From Vicugna vicugna (Eukaryota), in contig MU057521.1 in assembly GCA_013265495.1 (NCBI GenBank), forward strand, positions 1-64,000: 64,000 bases of DNA, in the 5' to 3' direction. The translations under genes were made by a program, and so were the position numbers. Of this stretch, positions 52,651 through 64,000 are shown in pieces (positions within the stretch are counted from its first letter, which is position 1; the number at the start of each line of letters is the position of its first letter). Under the pieces are notes generated by a model that was not told where the DNA came from, made no database searches, and saw only the letters and a list, made by a program, of their open reading frames with translations.

Positions 52651-54429
52651 TATGCAGATAATAAAAGCATATTCATTTGGCTGCCAGAGTGTTGACTGGG
52701 TCAAGGATAGCTTGATATTTGAACAAATTGTTGCAACTTATTTTGGAGACATGAGGACAACCAAGAAGTTTGCCAGGTCAGTGTACAGCAGGCCAATATC
52801 ATGATGATTTATGCTCTAAATTTCCTGAGATGCAAAACAACAGTATTCCTAGAATATATTACATCATATATACTGTTTGAATTAGACTTCAAAGTTTAGA
52901 CTTCACCCCAGTTTGAAAACTGAAGAGTGATCCCAGATAATCATTTTTACCAGCTTTTTCATTCTTACATACCTATTAATCCAACTTGCTTATTAATATT
53001 ATATATGTGCTGCATTTATCACTTTGATGCCTTCATTTTTTTCATTATATGCACTGTCATTTTGCATGTTAATATGATTATTAGCTAATTAAATGGAATA
53101 AACTAAGCAATTATTTCTGAATAAGTCAATGATAGTGAACTGTGTATGGAGTTCTTAACAAAGGAATTTCAGTGAGTTATTTTAGATTTTAACATTGTGT
53201 AAGATAATGTTGTAAGTGTTAGACATTTGGACTCTTTAGTTAATAGAAGACAACTTTTCTTTTGCCAAGAATGTGAGGGTAAAATACACTGTATTTTTTT
53301 TTCATTGTTTGCCTTAATCTCCTTTGGTTTCCTAATAGCCCCTCTGGTATTGAACAAAAAACATCTTAACTTTTTTTTTTTAATTTTAGATTAGTGCCTC
53401 AAATTTAATTGTTCTTTTCAAATGTGGCAAACCCACAATCTTCAAAGCAAGTGCATCACTCTATTTATAGATTTTCTGTCTAGTTCAATTGTAGGATATA
53501 GTCTAAACAAATGATTCTAACACTAGACTCCAGACCCTTTAACAAGATAAATAACAGAATTTAGATCTCTGGCAATTAAATAATATCCTTTGGCTTCAGT
53601 TGCTCCTCACACTTTTCCAGTAAACAGTGTCATTCAATGTGAATTCTGTTGCTCTAGAACATACAACTCTCATTTACCTTCAAAGTTTAGAACTTTAGAA
53701 ACATATAACTCTGTAACTTGTTTTTTGTGGTTATTCAGAGCTTTTTTCTTGGGAAAGTTTTCATACATAAGATTATAATATTAAACAAGTTTTGCTTCTT
53801 TCAAAATAAAGGGTATATTAATAAAGTCATTAATATTTTAACTTCTACACAATCATTGGATACAGATTCACTGAAGGATTTTTTTTAACAACAGCAACAA
53901 ACATGCATGGATATTCCCAACCATCTTTCTATGAAAGCTCAATAGTCCTAAGCATTTCATTCCCCCATCACCTTATAAATTTTTTATTTATGTGTAATTG
54001 GAAGGACTGAATTTCCGTAAACTTGGTCACAGCACATTTGATTGCTTCCCAGGAGCCCAAGCAGTCTAGTACTCCCGTCTGGTCTATTAGTCTCCATACT
54101 GTAGCCTTTGCTTCTATTTGGGATCTGATAATCCCTGGTACTGAATCAGGCAACTGAAAGTAACAAGGTAACGCTCTATGTGATCGTTGATAGATTGTAT
54201 CAGGATTGTAGGGTTTGGCACAGTTTCACTAATGTTATTTTAATACCATGGAAAGTGTGAAACCAGAGCTTTTAATTCACAATTAGGGGACCATACCACG
54301 TCTTATGATCATAGCTTGTTTATTGCTGCAAGATGAAATTTAACATTTATTAAAAATTACTTTTTTTCTATAATTCTATGCATTTGTTCATTTATTCATA
54401 CTATCATTCAAAACGTTCATTAAGTACCT

Positions 54430-54822
54430 TGTGTTCGTTTGCAGGGTCAGCCATAACAGTGTCATAGACTGGGAAACTCGAACAGCCGACATTTATTTTC
54501 TCGTGATTCTGGAGGCTAGAAGTCCAAATTCAAGGTGTCGGCAGGATTTTTTTTTTTTTCTGACTTCTCCTTGATTTACTGATGGTCATCATTTCTCTGT
54601 TGTCACATATTTTTCCTTCTGTCTGCATCTGTACCCTCTATAAGAAGTTTCCTCTTCTTATAAGGATACCAGTTTTATTGAATTAGGCCCACCCTAGTGA
54701 CCTCGTTTTAGCTTAATTACCTTTTTGAAAGGTCCTGTCTTAAAATACAGTCACACTGCAAGGTATTGGGGTTAGGACTTCAACATATGAATTTTGGGGG
54801 GGACACAAATCAGTTTATAACA
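54430..54822 (-). mobile_element. MLT1B-like MaLR solo LTR
   Basis: TTCTGGAGGCTAGAAGTCCAAATTCAAGGTGTCGGCAGG, TCTTCTTATAAGGATACCAG, GGGGTTAGGACTTCAACATATGAATTTTGGGGGGGACACAA. Confidence 0.85.
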
Positions 54823-57800
54823 GTACTTCCCTTGTATTTGGCACTGGACTATCTGTTAATAGTCAAATATTTACTTTTTAATTCAATGTATGTTTGGTAA
54901 GCCAGGGGCTGTTCCAGGTGCTGGGGATGTAAAGACCGAAACATAAATAATATTCTAGTGGGTAGTGTATAGAGTAAATGAGTCAGTGATACTTAGAATT
55001 CACTGTTTCTTTTTATATTAAATTCCAAAGGCATGTAAATCAATATGGGAAGATTTTTTGAGCATTTATAAACAAATCAACATTTGGTTCCAACAAGAAA
55101 TAGCCATCCTGTGCCTGCTGGAATCTTCTAAACTTCTTACTGTTTCCTGGTAGTATAAACCAAGGTGAAGTTAGTTTTGAGTCAAGGTGAAATAATATTG
55201 AAGATTAAGAAGGATGCCTTGATTTAGCTGTTGTATAACTGTAAGGCAGGGGGCGTGTGGTAGAGCTTAAAAATCTGAACTCCAGTTTCGCTAAAATTGT
55301 ATTTCCTTAAAACGTGTGTTTTGTTACTGGTGACAGGTTTGAAATATCTGCTGCAAATCCACTGCTTTTGTCACAGAGCCAACATTTCTGGCTTTTTGTT
55401 TTTGCTTTTTTTTTTTTTTTGGTTATGTGCATTTATCATTTACGCATTTAATATAAAATGCTAATGAAATTTTCAAGCAGAAGCTCAGATGTTTGTGCAT
55501 ATGTCTATGTTTGTATAACTCAGTTACTTTTTTTTTTTTATTATGAGCTCTCACGTCCCCTCATTGACAAAACTGAGAAGGTGTGTGTAAATGAACACAA
55601 ACCATGAATTTACCAGTTACTTTCATTGAAGAATTCAGTCCTATTCAAAGCTTACCTTTTCTTCTCAGAATTCTCTACCTTCTGATCTGTCTTAGTCTTG
55701 GCTCTAAATTCCCTTAGGTACTTTTTCAGTTCTCAAGCTGTGTTCCTGGGACAGAAACAGCTCTCTTTTAAGCCTCATTTGGCCCGAGGCCTAAACTGAC
55801 CCTGGTTGCTGGTATCTGTTTCTGAGCAGGAAGGGTGTTTAAAGCTCAGGCCAGCAGTGACTATAAGCATCCTTTATACTTCTGAGTAGCCCTCTGGCAT
55901 CCTGTTACGTGGTGGGCAGATCAGGCCAACAGTTTGATATGGACCCTTGCCCCCTTTGTTGAGTAGCCTTTTGATAGGTAGGTGCATATTCATTCATACC
56001 TCATCACTTTGCCTAACTGGGAACTCTCCCAATTTTTGGATTTTTTTCTTATTCCAAGAATTCCATTTCTTTCTTCATCACTGGTTTTCTGTTCCTCCAG
56101 CTTGAGAAGGGTGGGTAAATGTTGCAGTTGGCCTGTGAGTAAGATCTGGAAGGGTTGCCTGACTCCCCCTTGCCTGAAGCTTTCTTTACAAAGTGGAATA
56201 CCTCTCAACCTTTTCTGTCCCCATCATTTAGGTCAAGTTCCAGAGAAACAGGAAATGTTCCACTCAGTCTTCAGTTCTTGGGCATTTTTTGTTATTGAAT
56301 TTTCTTTCGGAGGCATCATTTGACATATTAAAAGTATATCAGAGTTTGTGGATTTCGATCAAATCCGGAACAACTGTTCTATGAAAAACATAATGTTCTC
56401 TAGATCAGAGTGAGAAGCTTAGGTATTTGAGGTTTAAATTCTTGATCATGTTCTGGATATCCAGTATGATTTAAATAAGTCAATCTGCTAATCCATGATC
56501 TTGTAAATCCTTAGGTATTTATTGACAGAGGATGAATTGGAATGAAGATTAGAAATTATAGATTGTGAAATCATTGAAAAAGGAGCATCTCCATGAAATT
56601 TGAAAGATGTATTTGTTTTTATTACTGAGTAGCTTTTACTGAAAAATTTCTAAGTGGTTAGTGTGTGCTTTTATCTTATTTTGATTAGCATACTAGGCTC
56701 TCCTTTGCTTAGATAAATGACAGAGAGAAAGTTCTCTGGGCTTGTTTTTCAGATACTGGTTTTACATCAATAAAATTATAGCCTAATAACATTTATCCTA
56801 AGAATCTCAAAGATCTTCATTGCACAAAGGAATTCATATTCTCACCGTGTTATGAGAAAGGCAAAAACAATTTAGCTGGAAAACACAGTCAAAGAATTTA
56901 TTGCAAATTGAAAGTAAATCTACTTTACAACCATCAGAGATAGTTAGGAATGTTACTTGCTTAGCTATCTGATGAAAGCATTGGCTTACAAGAGAATAGA
57001 AAATATATAGCTGAAAAATCTCAACCATTTTTTTTCTGCCTTTAGATCTTATGCTGTGGAGAGGGACTAAAATGTAGATTACCCTACCCTCAATGTGCCT
57101 TATAAATATTAATGACTTAGCCAATTAAAATGTTTGTTCATAAAAATGCGCTGGAACTACTAACTACTTAATATAATGCCATAGTTCAAAACACATGGCT
57201 CATTTTTATCACCGCTTTTTAGAAAACATCTAATTATAGTATTAGGGCTTGAACCACCAGTATGACTTGTTCCCTATTAAATTTCCTGACCAACTCATGT
57301 GTCTATTTGGATTTTACTAGTTAAGATCATTTTAAAGGTTTCCCTTGATGATTCCCTTCTATTGTCATTAATAAACTTGTTTTGAGCAGTGAATCCTCAC
57401 TACACCATGACAAAAATGACTGTAGGAATTCGGTTCTTCATGGTTCCATTATTAAAATGCTATGACTTTGGAAAAGGAACAATTTATCTGGACCTTAGTT
57501 TCCCCATCTGCAAATTGAAAAGACTAAAGCTACTTATGAGATTGTTGTGAGGCTCAAATATAATGTATTTGACAGGCCGTTTTCAATCACAAAACACTCT
57601 ACAGTTGGTTGCTTTTCTTTAATTCAGCACTTTAAGGAACATGGGGTTTGTCCTCTAATCTGTCTTCAAAAGTTCTGTCTTAAAGCTGTGACAAATCAGA
57701 AGGCATTTCTGAGCCAGACCTTGCCCTTTGTGTGATATTTTGTGTGGCATTTGGTCTCTAGACTGGTTCTTTCCACACTTCAGCCAGTGAACTTTTCCAT

Positions 57801-59129
57801 TTGTCTACAATGGGAAAATGAAATGGGTAGTTTCTCAACTGTCTGTTGAATCTCATCAATGAAGGTAGTTAGCTTGAATGCTTGTGACTCAAAGCCTTAG
57901 GTTTCAAATCTTTTCTTTCTAATCTCAATCATTGTGTCATATCACTATCCCCATCATTATACTTATTAATTGATGAGTTAATGAAGGAAGATAAAGCACA
58001 CTTCAGCTCTATAAAATCAGTTTTTGAAATTTATAAAGTCACATTTTAAATAAATTGAGTATGCTATGTTATCTTTTGCCTGGAAAATTGATTTTTTTAA
58101 GATGGCAAATTACTGTAGGTAGAACTACCAAGTGAAATGTTTATGATAGGAGAAAATAAAAATAGCAAGAGAATAATCTTTCAGACAAAAAGTCAAAAGA
58201 AAGAAAGGTTCCCAATACATACCAAACTTTTCATTATTAACTATGAAAATATTTGAAATTGTAAGGAAATAGAATTCAGATATTCAAGTTCATAAATTTC
58301 TTTTTAATAGGCTTTATTTTTTAGAGCATAAATTTCTTTTTAGTGAAAATATCATATTATTCAAAGTTTGCCATCATTAAATACCAACAGAGGGTATCAG
58401 TTAAGAATTTGTTTCATGTAGCAAAGCAACAGGTTTATAAAAAGTAAATTACCTGAATGTTTCCTTACTTTTGACTGTGTGACATAAGTTTTAGGACTTA
58501 CAAAAGCAAGGAAATTTGGAAAAAGCAAAAAATACTACTTGGCATCTCTAGTAGAAAGCTGCATTATTTGGAGCACAGCCTTCTGGGTTATCTGAATCCA
58601 GTTCTACAAGAGATCTGAACCTTTTGTTGACTTTATGCTATTTTACAACCCTGTAAGTTTCAGATAAATGAGAGTAATGCAAATGATTCTTATTTGTAAA
58701 CACAGAAATAAATTCTGTTGGTGGAGTTTCAATATACATCCTTCCCCTCATGGAAGAAGCCAGCTTTGAATCCATTACAGACTCACTTCAGTTACTGCTG
58801 ACCTAGATTCTTTGGATTCCCCTTTGAACTTTTAACATCTGCCTATTTCCTCATTAATAATTAGTTAACAAAATCTTTCATATATATTTTTATTTTTGCA
58901 TGAAATTCACGATTTTATCTTTACTTGAAAATTTCCCCTTGGCACAGGATACAAAAATAATTCAGTGCAAATCATATCAATAGGCACGTAGTAATTCATC
59001 ACCCCCTATCTCTCTTGGGAAATTTTTAATAGGAAAATATAAAGAGAAGAATTAAACTTTTATTTAATGTCAGTGGTGATTGCATGTATTTCCATAGTCA
59101 TCTTGGCAGCCAGTGAACAGTGAGTTCCC

Positions 59130-59750
59130 AGTTATACAATGTTTTTAAAGACATCTTTCGGTATTGGAAAGTACTTTCTTATATCAAACCAAAATCTTCA
59201 TGCGGTTTCTAACTGTTGGTTCTAGCCCTGTTTCTTATGCCATACAGAATAAATATCATCCCAAATGTCTAATTGTTCTTCAAACATAGAACGTAGTTAT
59301 ATTCACTGTTAGCCATTTTTCCCCTCCCAGGAAAAATCTGAGTTCTTTAGCCTTCCTGTGATGGATTCTGAGATGGATAGAATTCCTTAATCATCTCAGA
59401 CCCTCTGCATGGCACAGCTTCACATAGATTCTGTAATTCTGTGGATATGCATTAAAGATTACATTCGCAATTTTGGCAACAACATCACCGTGCTTTTTTC
59501 ATATAGAGATAAAACCAGCATGTGTGCCTCTGCCCATCCAGACTTTCTGTACACACATTTTAAGATTTTGTTTTGAGGGCTTGTATTTACTATCATGCCG
59601 GTTCACCATATTAAACTTAGTCCACTATTTTAATTTCTTAAGAACATTTTAGAGCATTACTTTTTTTTTTCTGTTTATTCATTCTTCCAACATTTCTTAA
59701 TGTCTGTTTGGTGTCTTGCACTGTCACGAGGGATAACAAAGAACGTCAAG
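59130..59750 (-). mobile_element. L3/CR1 LINE fossil
   Basis: GGAAAGTACTTTCTTATATCAAACCAAAATCT..TGTTGGTTCTAGCCCTG..CCATACAGAATAA resembles the antisense L3 3' region. Confidence 0.5.
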
Positions 59751-60679
59751 TGATCTCTTTTTTGAAGTCTGAGGGAAACAGACATTTAAAAATGAATTAT
59801 TAGAAACTAGAGTCTTAAATGCTCCAACAGAATAATGTTGACATATGAGCCTAGAAATTGCATTATCCTGCTTTTTGGGTGACAAAAATAGCTGTTGGAT
59901 TTCTTTACCAAGTTTGTGCAGATTATAATTCTTTATGAACAGGTTTAAGAATAAATTTATGTTTGAGACATTGTTGTACATTTAGGGACCTTCCAGTTTA
60001 GACTCGAATGAAACTATGAAAATTGAATAAAATTTCCTATTATTGCTATTTCAAGAATTACTTAAATAAAACAAGGGAAAGAGTTGCTTCAGTAAAATGC
60101 AGCTTAATTAGCTCTTTATTCATCAACTTATTTGAAACAATAATACCAAAATATGCTGGTATGAGTTGGCATTTAGATATTGGAATCCTAGCTTCTTTTA
60201 CTTCATTTGCCCCTTTGTAGGCCACCATAAAAACAATCCAGCTTGAGGTAAACTGAGAAGATGACTTGGCTAAGATCCCACTTGGTATGAACACAATTGA
60301 TTTTTTCCTGTGCGGAGTACAACCTAAAGCAGAAGCGCTGAGGAGGTGGGTTGTGGTAACACTGTACAGGCAGTTCTTATACTCTTTTCCTAACCTGAAA
60401 AACAGGTGGTTTGAAAAAATATGTGGTATTTTACTGTCCTGTCATATAACCCAAGTTTATTCATGCTACTTGGCTTTAAGCACTTTTTTTTTTTTTACCA
60501 ATTTTCCATTTATTTTTTGTGCCAGAAAGAGCAATTAATGTTTATTTTCCTTTATAGTCTTATATTTTATATCTTATATTTTGGTGTTTGCAGCGTTTTT
60601 CTAAGATTTTCTTTCCCTCCCCCTACCAAGGTGTCAATTAAAACACTTAAAGGTTTGTTAAATACTTTCTTAACTCATG

Positions 60680-61063
60680 TATCTTAGTCAGTGCAGGCTA
60701 CCATAACAAAATACCATGCACCAAGGGGCTTAACCAACAGAAATTTATTTTCCCCCAGTTCTGGAGACTGGAAGTCCAGCATCAGGTGTCAGGCACAGTC
60801 GGGTTCTGGTGAGAGCTCCCTCCTGGGCCTGCAGACGAGCGCCTTCTTGCTGTGTCCTCACATGGCCTTTCCTTGGGGAATGTGCGCGGAGACAGAGAGA
60901 GGGATCTTTCTCTGTCCCACTTCTTACAAGGCCACCAATCCTGTCGGATTAGGACTGCCCTCTTATGACTCCATCCAGCCTGAATTACTTCCTGCAAGCC
61001 CTGTTTCCAAATCTGGTCACATAGAGGGTGAGGGTGTCAACATACGAATTTTCTTTCCTAACA
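60680..61063 (-). mobile_element. MLT1A-like MaLR solo LTR
   Basis: TCTTAGTCAGTGCAGGCTACCATAACAAAATACCA, CAGTTCTGGAGACTGGAAGTCCA, GGTTCTGGTGAGAGCT, GCCTTCTTGCTGTGTCCTCACATGG. Confidence 0.88.
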
Positions 61064-61889
61064 CTTGTGGCATCATAGGTGAGTGCGTGCATGCTTTTAA
61101 TCGTAGTGTGCTCAGCTCACTATCTCAGCCATTTAACATGTTTATGTCAGGACTTTAAGTGACTCCTAATAAGTTGCTACGAAACAGTAAACAATGGTTG
61201 TCATTTCTGCTCCTGGCTTACTGCAGCCTAATGTAGTGCAACAGACCGGTGTAGGGGGTCTGTTACACCCTAGCTCTGCCACTTGTGAGCTGTGTGCCCT
61301 CAGCTTCAGTGGCAAGTTAAATGAGTTAGTATCAATTGAGGGCTTTAAACGATACCGAGTACATGGTAAATATTCTGTGGTTGTGAGCTTTAATTGTCAT
61401 TAATATCACACTGATCACCCTCTGTAGGCAAACGCTTCCTGTTTCCCTGTTATTTCTCACTTGACATCAGTAAGAACCTCTTCAGTATTCTCGTCACTCG
61501 CTTTTGGAGGCTTTGTAGCTTGTCTGTGTCGCTTTCAGGACTGAACAGGCAATAGTATATTTCATAAAACAGCTAGGAATTTAGAATTGTTCAGCCACGG
61601 AGCTGTAATATCTCATGGGTGAAAAAAGTTCTCTATGTGATTTTTCCTGATTTCACTTAATTTTCCTGAAAGACTTACCTCTGAAAGGAAACAGAAACAG
61701 TGGTTTTTAAATATTGACTTTGGGGACCGAATATTATCACTCATTTTGTGTGTTTAAATTTGTATTGTAATGAGAAATTTATGCTATCACTTAGGTATAA
61801 ATTTTAAGAAAATTCAATCAATAAAAATATTTATTAAATATTATAACTGTGTGTCTGGACTTAGTAATAATTCAAAATGGAAGTGTTGA

Positions 61890-63900
61890 GGTGTATTATT
61901 TCTTTGGACTTATTAGAATGTAAGCTTTGTAAGAACAGTGATTTATCTGCATTCTTAACTGCTATATTTCACTGCTTGTCACAGTGCCTGGAACATACTG
62001 TGACTTCAACAAATAATTACTGAATGATTGAATGGCCAGTAGTGACTGTAACTACTGCATATGTGCCCAAGCCTATGACACGTTCTGGAGACATAAAGAA
62101 TACATAATCCCTGCCCATGGGGCCACCATTCAATGGGAAAGAAAAATGTGAAACGTAAACAGCATAGTTCAAAGTAACTTGTGACATAACAGAAGCATAG
62201 ACTAGTTGCAGTAAGGTCACAATAGAAGGCACCTGCTGAAAGGTGTTAGAGGATTTCAGCAAATGATTCAGAGGAGAGGTGATGGTTTGGTTGAGTTTTG
62301 AACAATGTAGAATATTACCCGTCTGCAGGGGTATGAGGGTGTTTTGAATGGAGAATAATTTAGTGTAAAAAAGAATAAGTAATAAACCTTGGAAATGGAA
62401 AGCCAGTAGGCTCTGAGTAGTTCATGTACTATACTAAAGAGCCTGAACTTTATCTCCCTAGTAGAGATTGAAATATTTAAACAAGATGTCTTTAGAAAGG
62501 TCACTGTAGCTGCAGAGTAGATAGCAGCTTGGAGTATGTGATTCCCAAAACTGGGCAACTGCTCAGAAGTGTAATGGAATATTCTAATCCTCAAATCATA
62601 AAGGTTTCAACTCAGGCAGTCAGAGTAGGGATAGAAGTGAGGGATATTTTGCTGTTGTAGGAGGATTCAGATTCTAGAGTGAATAGGATTGAACAAAGCA
62701 AGTGAAACAGAAGGAAGACATTTGAATGATTCTGAGATTTCTGATTTAGGCAACTGAGTGAATGGAGGCGTCAGCAACTACAAATGAACATTAAACTACA
62801 GAGGGCAAATTTAGCGTGTGAGGTGGATGGTAACAAGGTTGGTTTTGCTGAGTCAAGTGCTCGTGGAAAATCCTGGATAAGATTTGGATTCAGAAAAGAG
62901 AAAAAGCAAAAATGTAGGTAACTGGTGAAGGTGTGTGTTCAGACAAGAGTACATGGAAAGTGGGAAGGGCTTAGAGGCAAAGATGAAACCCTGTGGAAAA
63001 ACCAACAATTCGTTTTTCTAAATGTGCTGAGTAAGGAGGAGAATTTGTGGAGAGGCAAGAGAGCTGGGGAAGGACCAGGACCAGATGGCATGGTGAGATG
63101 TAGGATGCAAGAGATGACAAAAGGTCATAGGCTTTGGAGAAACAAGTGAGATGAGGACAGTGGGGTCGAGTGTGTTGTCCTTGCAGACTGGCCCTGGGGC
63201 TCCAGCAGGGAGAGTCTCATGAGGGTGGAAGCCAGCCGCCGTGGCCTGACTAGGAACAGTGATGTGAAGGCAGAAAGACTCCACCTGTAAGAACTTTGGT
63301 TGTAACTGGAAGACAAGGAGAGACGGAGACTTGGCAATAACCTCTGAGCCACTGGATCCAGCCTTTCTGAACGATGAGTCCTAATCGGGATGAGTTAATG
63401 ATGGAAATGAATGAATTCTCGCTTTTGATTTTAATCTGAGTTGAGCATGGGAACTACCTGCTGAGAAGAGTGGGGATTTGTAGAGATAAGAGGGAAGAAA
63501 AGCAGAGGCAGGAAAAAGGATGGCATGTTTGTAGGGGAAGAAGTAGGAATAACAGTGATCCAGGAGGCATCTTTCTGGGGACCTAGGATGGGTCTAGATT
63601 ATAGAATCTCTTGAAGAAGAGGCACAACTCTGCAGGGACAGATACTTGTCGATTTTATTAACTCAACAAGAAGCACTCAACAGACACTCATGGAATGAAC
63701 AAATACAGGATTTGGTGTGTTTGGGTGCAGGGAGTGGGGGCAGTAATTTTACTTTGTTAGAAGTGTGGTGATGAAAGTTTTGGCTTCAGGGATGCTGACC
63801 TGGAGATCAATGTCTGATACCCCAGTGAGAACATCTATTAGGCAGGTGGAAAACTGTGGCTGAATCTTAAGTGCGAAGTCATACATACAGAAGAAGATGG
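61890..63900. mobile_element. L2 LINE fragments (+ strand 3' end to about 62030, then a long - strand piece)
   Basis: TATTAGAATGTAAGCTT..ACAGTGCCTGGAACATA..TGAATGATTGAATG terminus, followed by purine-rich antisense L2 blocks. Confidence 0.6.
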
Positions 63901-63932
63901 ATCCACACATAGAGAACTTCCTGGGATAAAGT

Positions 63933-64000
63933 TGGGTTGCCAGATTTGCCAAATAAAAGTACAGGACACCCTGTTAAATTTGAATTTCAGATAAACAGCA
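63933..64000. mobile_element. MER53 (hAT MITE), left arm cut by the window end
   Basis: GGGTTGCCAGATTTGCCAAATAAAAGTACAGGACACCCTGTTAAATTTGAATTTCAGATAAACA matches the recalled MER53 terminus. Confidence 0.85.

Noticed and set aside
60691..61158. 155-aa ORF
   Set aside because: Mostly antisense MLT1A LTR, a common source of spurious ORFs.

Overview
Mammalian, AT-rich, repeat-dense gene-desert window with one supportable protein-coding gene: the intronless melanocortin-4 receptor MC4R (40372..41370, minus strand, 332 aa, intact). Its 5' leader and promoter lie to the right and candidate poly(A) signals to the left. The rest is mostly fossil transposable elements (L1, L2, L3/CR1, MIR, MaLR/ERVL LTRs, Tigger, Kanga, hAT) plus a few young insertions. 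A tRNA-Ala-type SINE and characteristic L1 tails suggest a camelid genome (inference). Repeat family names come from recalled consensus similarity, not a RepeatMasker run, and boundaries of old repeats are approximate. I see no prokaryote-type or multi-gene novel system. The best leads are: an unexplained 46/47-bp inverted repeat 1.9 kb apart; a three-part chimeric L1-derived retroelement with its own poly(A) signal, tail and apparent TSD; MC4R substitutions including loss of the C-terminal Ser330; an in-frame uORF in the MC4R leader; and homeodomain/POU motif clusters that may be MC4R enhancers.
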